Below the pieces are notes generated by a model, which saw only the letters and a list, made by a program, of their open reading frames with translations, was not told the DNA's origin and ran no database searches. A DNA stretch of 64,000 nucleotides from Hormiphora californensis (lineage: Eukaryota; Animalia; Ctenophora). The position numbers and the translations under genes were made by a program. Numbering within the stretch: position 1 is the stretch's first letter; each line of letters starts with the position of its first letter. The stretch spans positions 5,332,001 to 5,396,000 of the forward strand of contig CM035356.1 in NCBI GenBank assembly GCA_020137815.1. The letters are read 5' to 3'. Below, piece after piece: positions 49,621 to 64,000 of this stretch.

Positions 49621-49910
49621 GGGGAGAGACAGAGAGAGAAAAAAGAAAAGAGACATAGTATGTAATTCAATTTTAATTAACCGAACTTTTTTGAAACACG
49701 CACGCACAAAGAAAACCTCAAACACGAAAACACAGTTCTTTAGAATGGCTGAAAGAGAGGAAAGAGAGAGGAAAGAGAGAGGAAACAATTACAGGACATA
49801 AGATGTATTGGATTGGGTCAGATATAGAGTGGAAATGTGGAAGGGCTGCAGCATTGTTTACTTATAATGTGGTCCTCAAAGGGTTAACACCAAGGAAATA
49901 ATACAGAAAT

Positions 49911-50062
49911 AAAATGTATAGAGGTACATAGAGAAATGTAAAGAGGTACATATAGAAATGTATAGAGGTACATAGAGAAATGTATAGAGGCACATATAGA
50001 AATGTATAGAGGTACATAGATAAATGTATAGAGGTACATAGAGAAATGTATAGAGGTACATA
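49911..50062. repeat. 22-bp minisatellite
   Basis: AAATGTATAGAGGTACATAGAG repeated about 7 times. Confidence 0.8.
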
Positions 50063-50938
50063 GATGGAAGATTGTTGGTTGAGTGTCGTAACTTGACGTC
50101 AGTAAATGCAATTCTTTCTCATTATGCCCCATTTGCACTACTGCAGTACTACCTCCTGTCAACTCCTTTCTCTCTCTCTCCTTCTCTATCTCTCCTTCTC
50201 TATCTCTGTCTCCCTCTCTCTATCTCTCTCTCTCCCTCTCTCTATCTCTCTCTCTCCCTCTCTCTATCTCTCTCTCTCCCTCTCTCTATCTCTCTCTCCC
50301 TTTCGATCCTTTATTTGGGTTACTTAGCCAGACCGTGTATTGGGTTATGGCGCTATAATACTAGACCCTCCCTTCTTCAAGTACTTCATTTCTGCAACCC
50401 TGTCAAGTCTACAATACCCCGACCTTCTGGGGCTCCTAATAATTCGGTGCAGCATCTACTACCTTCGGGCAGGTCATCCTCCAGACGCAGCAGTCACACA
50501 CACAGACAAATAACACCCCGACAGCTGCAACCGCTGCTGAGTATTCCGCACTACGATCATATTTCAATATATATTGTATTGAATCAATTGTATATATCAT
50601 TACAACAGGAAACACATTGGGTTTTTCTAAAGAGTTTAATGCACTAAATGCGCCGCGTCTCTCGAGCACTCTCAACCGAATTACAATTGACATATTTGAT
50701 AATACTGGATTTCACACACACACTCACACAGACAGTCCGCTCTTCTTCCCATATATTAGTGTCTCTGTTGTCCACACACATACATACAGTATACACACAC
50801 ACACAGTCCACTCTCTCTCTTTCTCTCTGACAGACGGTAGGGAAGCAAATATATATAAGTATATCCGTTATATATACACATGTAGTGGGTAGAATAATAA
50901 TAGATTGCACTGCAGAAGGGAGGGGCTACTGCAAAAAT

Positions 50939-51085
<147 letters not shown>

Positions 51086-51286
51086 TGGAGGGTGTTAAGA
51101 GAGTGGCGTGTCTACACAATTCATTGGATATGTCAGCGAGATTTTGATATACATTATAAAGCAGCGCACACAACTCTTTTGAAACATAGTACACACGATA
51201 GAGGGAGGGATGGATGATGGAAGCCATGGGGGAGTTGTATTTTATACACACTCACATACAACACACTAGGAGTATTATATAACACA

Positions 51287-55141
<3,855 letters not shown>

Positions 55142-55406
55142 AGCCCACTATTATTACAAAGTATTTAACGGTTATTGTTATGGTTGTTGTAGCGACCAGG
55201 GCGGGGATCTTATTTGGGGTAAATTGTACCGAGGTATAAATGGTATATCCCGGGACCCTCCGAGTGATCCCAGTTATATTCTAGTTCTAATAACGGGATA
55301 TAGTGTGTGGATTTAAAATATGTTATTTGTCAAGCACACAAATCTTCAACCTGTTCCTGAAGATAAATACTAGTATCGAATTTCAAACAAATCAACATAC
55401 ACAACT

Positions 55407-56592
55407 TCAATCAAATTCTTTAAGCATTTTAGAGTCCAAATGGCTGTTTAGCATACGAATATTCCGTCTCCTCTTTGCTGGTTTCTTCTTAGTTGCTTTC
55501 TTTTTAGAGTTGAACCCCTCCATTGTTGATATCCCAACCCTCTTCAGATAATTCTCAATGTCCACCTCAGTGATCTCCCTGACGCTGACAGAGTTCCATA
55601 GCTCCTGAAACTGGGGCTCCATAGGGGTCTCAATACTGGTATCTCGGTAGAACAACACTGACTGTTTATCTGATCTTGTCACAGCTTTCAACTGTGGGGG
55701 AGTGAGGTGTTACTAATCGAGGGAGGAGGTACGGGTACTACTTGCTATTATATGTTCTAACCCTCCCTTTGTAAAGGGCGCCCGAAACACAGTCTAGCCA
55801 GGCAAGGTACTACTTGGTTCCTTCTAAAATAGTTTTCAATGATTATCATAAAAATTATTAGAGCAGGGAGGAGCTAGGAGGAGATGTAGTCCACTAACTG
55901 ACAGGCTTGCACACACAACTAGTACACGACAGTAGACAACTGAGACATGTCAAACAACCATGAACACACTCTCACAGTCAATACAAACAGACATCTGTTC
56001 AGTAATGATAATAGAGATCTTTCAGTTAAATAATTAATTAACTAAATAATTAATTAATATTCTAAACAGTTAAATAGGAACAATTACTTACCAAACCTTC
56101 TGATTTCAATTCCTCAAGAACTTCCTCATGTTTCATGATACATTCCTTAACATCTGCTTCTAGTATCCCACCCATCCCAGTCTCATAATGATCTCTGAGT
56201 ATCGTTAATAAATCCACCTTATTGTGGATAGGATATGCAGGTTTAAATGCAAACTTGTCCTTCTCTCTGTCATACTCCACCTTTATATTTTCTTTAAGCG
56301 CATTGGCTAACCAACTTTTCTCATGAGGGTCAAGATCCAACCGAACAGCCTTGATAAGATCTTCAACTGATATTGGTTTTCGTTCTTTCTGATAACGTTT
56401 CTTCAGCTTATCAACAGATAACTTCAGCCACTTGAAAGTGTTAGGGTTCTGAGACACTGCCTTGAGATCAGGTTTGAACCGCTTCTTGGACGGTTCTGAA
56501 GATCGTGGTTTGGAGGAAGAGGAGGGAGTTGAATTAGCAGCCGCTGCTTGTCGTTTGAAGGCTGCATGCTGCTGTAACAGATTGGAATTCAT
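55407..56592 (-). CDS. GTF2E2: General transcription factor IIE subunit beta, 2 exons
   Basis: Exons 56092-56592 and 55407-55691. FAFKPAYPI...GMGGILEADV and FQELWNSVSV...IENYLKRVGISTM...NSHL match TFIIE-beta. Confidence 0.93.
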
Positions 56593-57297
56593 ATCTAGAA
56601 GCATAACATTCATCAATATTTTACCAAATTGACAAACAAATAATAGGCCGAGCTGTCTTGAAGGTGAGTACAGTTAAAAAGGGCCACGCAATATAAACCA
56701 ACTTAGAAAAATCAAAAAATCTGACATCAATTCTAAATGCCAATTAAAAGACTTGATTGAAAAGATATAAATCAGTAAAATCATACACACACACACACTT
56801 AGTACGGCAGAACCTCCATACCGGCGCCAAGGAATGCTCCGGCATGCTCCGCTGTCACAGAATTAATCAGTCCCATAATGTCAGATACACTCTCCTCGAC
56901 AGTAAGAGTTCCCTGGGGACCACCCATGTCGGTCTTCACCCATCCAGGATGCAGACAGAAACACAGGACACCCTGATTTACCAGCTCCAGACCGTGACAT
57001 CGAGTGAGCATGTTAACAGCAGATTTGCTAACACGATACCCAAAAGCGTACCCAGCGTTCTGGCTGTTGACACCTGCAATACTTCCTAAATTGGATGAAA
57101 CGTTGACAATCCCTGCCCGGGAACAGGATACCGGGAGGTCAGAGCGGTGATCAGCAGCCTTTATCAAGAGAGACCGAAATCCTTCAGTGACAGTCTGAAC
57201 TCCAACAACATTTGTCTCCAAGACCTGTCTTAAGGTATCGTTTGTTGCTACGAAAACAGAACCTGCTTTGGGATAACTCATCACGCCAGCATTGTTA

Positions 57298-58489
57298 TAA
57301 TAATAATAATAAAAATGACAGTTTATATCCCGCACTGACACAGTTTGTATACAGACAACTCGTTTTCCTTAATTTGAAAGGGACTGCAGTAGACTGCCTG
57401 CTCCTAGCACGGATCTCTGATAACGGTGAGTTAGTGGGGAACTATCCCACTTGGATAAGATTATTACGGATGAAGTAGCAGCCGTCAGGATCTTCTGATC
57501 GTATCCGCTTCAAAGTGGACCTTAGAGCTTTTTGCTCTTTCAGTTCAGAGGGCGTAAGATCCGGAGAGAGATAAACAGCCGAAAACTGTTTGGAGTCTTT
57601 GAGGTTTCGTGCCTTTCTGAGGAGTGCGAGGAGAGTCGCTCTCTTCTCCAGGGATACTAAGAGCGGTCTAGGGCGCTTCTCATTTCTTTCGCCGATGCGT
57701 TTCATCGTAGTCACTTTCGGTTTCTCATTTAATTCCTCAAAAAGTTCGTCTAAAGTAGTTTTAGCTACTCTATCGGTTGTTTCTGGGAGACCAAACACAA
57801 CCATGTTCTTCTCTCTTCCGGGCTGTTGGACGGGAGTAGGATGATTCACTGGTAGTGGTTTTCCCACTTTGGGGGAGGTTGCAGCACAATTCTGTGCTAG
57901 CACAGTAGAGTAGGCTTTCACCTTCTGCACCGATGCTGTCACTGTACTGAGTTGTTGCTTCTGGTGGTTGATAACCGTTTGCTGAAGCTCGATTACGTTA
58001 ACCCGATGGCGGTCAAGTTCTTCTTTACATTCACGCAGCTGTTTCTCGAGGTTTTCCACACTGATAACCGTTTCAAAATTGTTCATTGTTGCTCGGGCAA
58101 GTTTCATACTGGAGAGAAAAATACGCGAAGTAGCCTCGATTATTTCACTCGTAGTTCGGTCCTTGAGACAATGTCTAAAGTACGAACCCCAGTGCTTGCT
58201 AGGCGAAGCTAAGCTGTCGTTGGTTAACATTGAATCGGGTGCAGCTTGAATCGATCTATAACATTGAGTAAACTCATCTGGTTTGATGCTCGTCGTGTTG
58301 TCCGAATTCAACAGGTAAACTTCAGAAACAAAGTCATCCACCGTCTCTTCTAATCGTTTTATCATAGGGTTATCGCCCTCGTACTTCGCTTCCGACATTA
58401 TCAACGTTTCGTTTTTCTGCCCTTCGGGGCTGTTACATCGGATTCATCTTCCTCTCAATAAATAGTTTTACGTTGTAGTTGATGAAAGT
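57298..58489 (-). mobile_element. ORF1-only non-autonomous LINE-like retroposon
   Basis: 6-bp TSD TAACAA (plus TTGTTA at 57292-57297 and 58490-58495), a (TAT)n 3' tail, one ORF and no RT. Confidence 0.8.
57442..58398 (-). CDS. LINE ORF1-like protein (coiled coil plus RRM/CTD-like), 318 aa
   Basis: Heptad region LEKQLRECKEELDRHRVNVIELQ. NMVVFGLPE, RIG...RPRPLLV and VYLSPDLT motifs are typical of L1/CR1/L2-type ORF1p. Confidence 0.78.
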   Translation of the reverse strand: MSEAKYEGDNPMIKRLEETVDDFVSEVYLLNSDNTTSIKPDEFTQCYRSIQAAPDSMLTNDSLASPSKHWGSYFRHCLKDRTTSEIIEATSRIFLSSMKLARATMNNFETVISVENLEKQLRECKEELDRHRVNVIELQQTVINHQKQQLSTVTASVQKVKAYSTVLAQNCAATSPKVGKPLPVNHPTPVQQPGREKNMVVFGLPETTDRVAKTTLDELFEELNEKPKVTTMKRIGERNEKRPRPLLVSLEKRATLLALLRKARNLKDSKQFSAVYLSPDLTPSELKEQKALRSTLKRIRSEDPDGCYFIRNNLIQVG

Positions 58490-59617
58490 TTGTTAATCAA
58501 TAGATTCAGGCCTGCAGCACCCAGGAGCGTATCAACACTTTTCACGGCGCTGGAAACCGATTGCTCGTTTGAGACTTCAAGTGGAACATGATGAACGTTT
58601 GGATCTTGTTTCACCAAACTCTCTAGCTCCTCGCTCATTGACCGCGAACAAGCAATTATTTTACAGTTTGATCCGGAGCTTTTGTTAGCTGCTGCAAAAT
58701 GTTTCAGAAGACACAGGCCAATACCACGATTTGATCCAGTTATCAGAACAGAACCAGGTAACCCAGCCATGTTGATCAGAAGGAAAGCTGAGCGAAAAAG
58801 GAAAGAGGGAAAAAAAGTGGGGAAAAAACTCCGACCCGGAAACTTTTTATTTTCGTGACTCGCTTTTTATTTTATTTTTTCGTTGCTTGAACAAACGAGC
58901 GCGCGCTGCCATAATACAGTTTTTCGCGCGGCTTGTTATTTGCGCGTTCTAATTTTGCGCTGACAAGCGTCAAATGTAAGTTTTGTCTGTTTTGGTAATT
59001 CCGAACAATTTTGGCTTTGATCCTGAATCTTATCATTAAGATTATTGGCAAAAACAACCGACCAAATTTTACTTTTTGTAAAATAAAATGAAACGTGATT
59101 CAGATAAACGAGGCAAATAAACATTCATTGGATGGTTCAAATTTAATTCAAATTCTACAAATATTATTTTAGTCTACATTCCTGTGGCATTCATAATCCA
59201 CAGGAAACCCATATTGAATCTACCCTATTGTTCAGTCTCACTAAGCTCCTAGTCGCCTATTATACATGTTATAGACTTGACATGTTCCTCATCTGTCAGA
59301 TCTCACACCGGGCCGAAGCCCGAAGGCCCGGTGCTTAAGGGGCCGAAAGGACAGACTGCATAGCATGGCAACAACAGACCAAAACTACAATACCAACTCC
59401 AAGATCTCGCTCACACAGGGGTGTACATGTCACCAAATTGTTCCCAACTGGTTTTAATTAACATTTTAATCTACATTCCAGGACAAAGTGTACCAGTGAG
59501 CCAATCGTTATCCATGATCCTTAATAGGGCCGTACTAGTTGGTCTCTTCTCCTCAAATTCGGCACTCCTACAACCAGCCTGATAGGAGATATTGTTGTTG
59601 AGTTACTTACTCAACAA

Positions 59618-61325
59618 GGATATTGGCCGTTATTATTGTAGACAAGGGTAGGGGATATTAGGCTTAGCCGTTATTATACTTATAGACAAGGGTAGGGGAT
59701 ATTAGGCTTAGCCGTTATTTTTTTTTTTATTGGAAGAAGTTTCAAACGGTTACGGAAACAATTCGCATTTTTTAAAGATCAAACAATATCACATGCCGTG
59801 CGTCTGAGGGCTTCACGCAGGAATCCCGCACTTAAGAAGCCCCTCTATAGGTAGCTTATGTTTACATAAAATAAATTAAAAATATATCGTTGTTGCCACT
59901 AGGCTAGATTTACAGTTAGAGAGGGGAGGCGCCGCGAAGAGAGTAGGCGACCCGCAGAAGTGGCAGCGGTATTGCAATTGGAACATTCATGTGATGAGTT
60001 GGTGAAGTGATGTGGGGTGATGGGAAAATCATAGAATATTATCGATATCAATATAACTGAAAAGGTTGAGCTTGAGCTTAGTCAGAAAGATGGGTAAAGT
60101 TTCACTCTGTCGAAGTTCGTATGGCAGCAAGTTCCAGGACCTGGTAGTCCTGTGGAAAAAGCTGTCACGCAAAGTAGAGGAGCACTTGTGACTATTACTC
60201 GTGTCCACAAGGGTGGTACGATCTAGCCCAGCAATAATGTCACGATTTTGACGCGTAGGTCGAAGATCGACAACATCAACTGGCCTTATAGAATCAGGAA
60301 TGTCAATTTGTACCATATTATAGACAATCTGGTAAAACAGCCGCAGGTCATTATACAAGAAGAGCTCCTTGAATGGAAGAATGTTCAGACCCTTAAGATA
60401 TAACACGTATTGAACATTGCTATATGATGCCATCGGTTCATTTCTGATCCATTTGACAACTCTCTTCTGCAATTTCTCAAGAGAAAGCAACTGAGTCCTA
60501 CCGATGTTACACCAGATAGGACTACAGTGCTCAATTAGAGAACGTACCATGGTCAGGTAAAGAGATCTCTTGTTAGCACTGTTGTTAAGAAAATAGCACG
60601 TCCTACGCAACAAATTGAACTTGGAGATCATACTGGTGGTAATATACTCGCAGTGAGAACTCCAATTCAAGTTACTGGTAACAAATATACCCAAATCTAG
60701 CTGATTGGTAACATAATCAATAAGCACAGAGTTGAGGGTGTAGAAAAACTCACAGAACGGGAGAGGGATGGGGCGGTGGTGAGCCCCGGTGGGAGAGACA
60801 CTCAAAACTTTACACTTTTGTGGGTGAAAATACATTTTGTTCCTGACTGACCAAGAGTATAGGTTAGAGATTGAGAGCTGAAGCGACAGGTGATCACTCC
60901 AATACCCAATCTCTCTCCAAATTTTGGTGTCGTCGGCATACAGAGAAATATGGGTACCCTCGGTGAGGGTGGGGGATATTAGCCGTTATTATGTATTATA
61001 GACAAGGGTTGGGGATATTAGCCGTTATTATAGCTAGACAAGGGTAGTGGATATTGGCCGTTATTATTATAGACAAGGGTAGGGGATATTAGCCGTAATT
61101 ATAGACAAGGGTAGGGGATATTAGCCGTTATTATAGCTAGACAAGGGTAGGGGATATTAGCCGTTATTACAGACAAGGGTGGGGGATATTAGCCGTTATT
61201 ATAGACAAGGGTGGGGATATTAGCCGTTATCTGTATGAGCGGCGCCATACCCCCATACCGGCGCGACAGTGCGCTCAGATGGGTCGCGGCGCCAGACAGG
61301 CCGTTATTATAGACAAGGGTGGGGG
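59618..61325. repeat. ~30-bp minisatellite interrupted by a LINE
   Basis: GCCGTTATTATAGACAAGGGTAGGGGATATTA units at 59618-59716 and 60967-61325. Confidence 0.85.
59717..60967 (-). mobile_element. 5'-truncated CR1/L2-type non-LTR retrotransposon (RT C-terminal part)
   Basis: The frame is open from about 60967 to 60029 with LYADDTKIW, KCKVL, DLGIFVTSNLNWSSH, YLTMVRSLIEHCSPIW and SFFHRTTRSWNLLP. The poly(A) tail appears as a T-run at 59717-59728. Confidence 0.9.
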
Positions 61326-61869
61326 GTCTACTGATGTGTTGTTAGCAAGGAAAGCGAGGGTAATCTTTATATATTGGGAGCGGTTCACTCGGAATCGAAT
61401 CGAGGGGACCTGGGACAGGGGTATATTTTACTCGCATGGGTTAATCACTATTTAGGGGCATATTTCATTTGTCACAGACTGGCTAGGAAAGATCTTCTTG
61501 ATTTTGCCATCCTACGTAAGCACGTAATGTCTAGATACCCCCTAGTTGAACGGAGCTTTTTGATCAGCTTTTCGCGTAGCAGAAGCTTTCCCGGACACAC
61601 TGGTATGGGAGCTAACAGACTGGGATTGGACACACTGGGATTGGACACACTGGTATGGGATTGGGAAATGGGAGCTAACAGACTGGGAACATGTCAAGGG
61701 GGATTTGTTCCCGCTCAATATCGTTATACAATTCGTACCCCAAAAAACAGAGAATATATTCTTCAAAAAAAACATTGCATATTCGAACCGAAACAGCCGA
61801 ACCATTTTTGGTTACTTAAGTTTATGACTCAATACATTATATTTTCTTAAATTACAGTTACACTGTAAC

Positions 61870-61952
61870 TACAGTCTGACCCCGATTTAGTGGCATCCTT
61901 GGGGGAAAGAAATCCTGCCACTAAATCGGGGTGCCACTAAATCGGGGTGAGC
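61870..61952 (+). mobile_element. Terminus of a TA-CAGT-type MITE
   Basis: TACAGTCTGACCCCGATTTAGTGGCA followed by two inverted GCCACTAAATCGGGGT copies. The partner end is not seen in the window. Confidence 0.45.
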
Positions 61953-62079
61953 CATATTTGGCCCATAAAAACCTATTTTATGCCCAAAATGCTATACTAA
62001 GACTAAAGACACCTCTAACTGTTATATGCAATATTCATGTATTGATTACATGATCATTTCTGATTAGAAATAGATAACT

Positions 62080-62344
62080 ACTAGACCAAAAAACAAAGGA
62101 AATTTGTTTGGAACACCCGTGGCCTTTTTCGATACTTGACGGTGCGGGAAATGCACCCATAATCTGAGCTACACTACTAGGTATCGTTGTGTCATCTCTC
62201 TCCAAGTTCTAACGTACGCACACTTTCTCTCACTCTTCCTCGCGTCTTGCTCAGGCTCTGACGAAGGGTGCATTTCCCGCAGCGTCAAGTATCGAAAAAG
62301 GCCACGGGTGTTCCAAACAAATTTCCTTTGTTTTTTGGTCTAGT
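62080..62344. repeat. Palindrome with ~80-bp arms
   Basis: ACTAGACCAAAAAACAAAGG...GGGAAATGCACCC is mirrored at 62266-62344. Confidence 0.8.
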
Positions 62345-62369
62345 TTCTCAGGGTTTTTGTAAACAGGTA

Positions 62370-63445
62370 ACATAAATATGCAAATAACGGCTAAACGGTG
62401 CGAGATACGACTTTTTGTCCGGGGTACGACTCCCCATAAATCGACTATTCTACGTCGAAATATGTCTATGAAAACATTCTAGGACCAGCTGAAGTGGAAA
62501 TATTCAGAATATGCATTAAATCATGAATCAGTGCATAAATATGCATATAACGGCTAAACGGTGCGAGATACGACTTTTTGTCCGAGGGACGACCCCCCAT
62601 AAATCGACTCTTCTACGTCGAAATATGTCCATGAAAACGTTCTAGGACCATTTGAAGTGGAAATATTCAGAATATGCATTAAATCATGAATCTGCTCATA
62701 AATATGCAAATAACGGCTAAACGGTGCGAGATACGACTTTTTGTCCGGGGGACGACCCCCCATAAATCGACTCTTCTACGTCGAAATATGTCCATGAAAA
62801 CATTCTAGGACCAGCTGAAGTGGAAATATTCAGAATATGCATTAAATCATAAATCGGTGCATAAATATGCAAATAACGGCTAAACGGTGCGAGATACGAC
62901 TTTTTGTCCGGGGGACAACCCCCCTTAAATCGACTATTCTACGTCGAAATATGTCTATGAAAACATTCTAGGACCAGCTGAAGTGGAAATATTCAGAATA
63001 TGCATTAAATCATGAATCAGTGCATAAATATGCATATAACGGCTAAACGGTGCGAGATACGACTTTTTGTCCGGGGGACGACCCCCCATAAATCGACTCT
63101 TCTACGTCGAAATATGTCCATGAAAACGTTCTAGGACCATTTGAAGTGGAAATATTCAGAATATGCATTAAATCATGAATCTGCTCATAAATATGCAAAT
63201 AACGGCTAAACGGTGCGAGATACGACTTTTTGTCCGGGGGACGAACCCCCATAAATCGACTATTCTACGTCGAAATATGTCCATGAAAACATTCTAGGAC
63301 CAGCTGAAGTGGAAATATTCAGAATATGCATTAAATCATAAATCGGTGCATAAATATGCAAATAACGGCTAAACGGTGCAAGATACGACTTTTTGTCCGG
63401 GGGACAACCCCCCTTAAATCGACTATTCTGCGTCGAAATATGTCC
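62370..63445. repeat. 163-bp tandem repeat (~6.5 copies) with trimeric higher-order structure
   Basis: GGCTAAACGGTGCGAGATACG recurs every 163 bp. Near-identical ORFs at 62554 and 63043 are 489 bp (3 x 163) apart. Confidence 0.88.
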
Positions 63446-64000
63446 TTTAAAATGTCCTTACAACAGCCAATACCGAGATAATCATAAAATTATACATAAA
63501 TTATGCAGTGACTTCTCATGCTCAAATCAAAATTTTATATAGCCTACGACATGTAGAATAGTCGATTTATGGGGGGTCGTTCCCCGGACAAAAAGCTCTA
63601 AATCCAGCCGTTTTTGCTCAGTTTGGTTTGTAAAAAGGTGGTGCGTATGTATGTATGTATGTATGTATATAGAGCAAGCGTTTGGGACCCCCCTCGTAAC
63701 TTTTGAACGGAACCATCGATCCACTTGAAATTTTAAACACCAATAGATATCATTGAGGTAGCTTTACATAAAAAATTTCAGCTTCGCAGCTTGTCGGGAA
63801 CATGGTTAAACAGACGCTTGAAAATGGCGAAAGTCGCATCCGTATGGTATACTGCACTGGCCCCCGAATCGGGCGAAATTAAATTTTCTGCGCCTGAGTT
63901 TATCCTTTCAGATTTGATCTTATAATGTTCTAGGATGACCTTAGAAGGGGTAGGATGGTTTTTTCAATGCTGGGGGCTGTGCCCCCAGACCCCCCTAGGG

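Larger units (their letters stand above)
56799..58770 (-). pseudogene. C-factor (CsgA)-like short-chain dehydrogenase/reductase, disrupted by a retroposon insertion in this haplotype
   Basis: TGSNRGIG, LLIN|NAG (split by the insertion), YRVSK (YxxxK) and HPGWVKTDMGG are present. Both halves are otherwise intact. Confidence 0.8.

Noticed and set aside
57298-58489. The insertion as a spliceable new intron of the SDR
   Set aside because: There is no GT/AG at the boundaries, and the nearest cryptic donor and acceptor are in incompatible phases.

Overview
Intron-rich animal genomic DNA, most likely from a ctenophore (Pleurobrachia/Hormiphora-like). That assignment rests on my recollection of a short intronic repeat and an expanded secreted domain, not on a search. 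Exons assembled by hand with consistent phases give: PRRC2/BAT2 (minus, runs off the left edge), head-to-head with a 17-exon PACS gene (plus, 13108-47969); a secreted sushi-domain gene nested antisense in PACS intron 13; and a tightly packed minus-strand trio of a C-factor-like SDR (broken by an ORF1-only retroposon), TFIIE-beta and the PP2A catalytic subunit. Mobile DNA includes a TA-flanked MITE, a tandem Helitron pair, a three-level TTAA-element/foldback/TTAA-element nest and a truncated CR1/L2-type LINE. The most striking pattern is that most intronic tandem repeats are amplified copies of the gene's own splice junctions. At least 11 junctions in three unrelated genes carry 2 to about 330 copies of exon-end plus donor, or branch point/pyrimidine tract/AG plus exon start. 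At most of them only the outermost copy keeps the reading frame.
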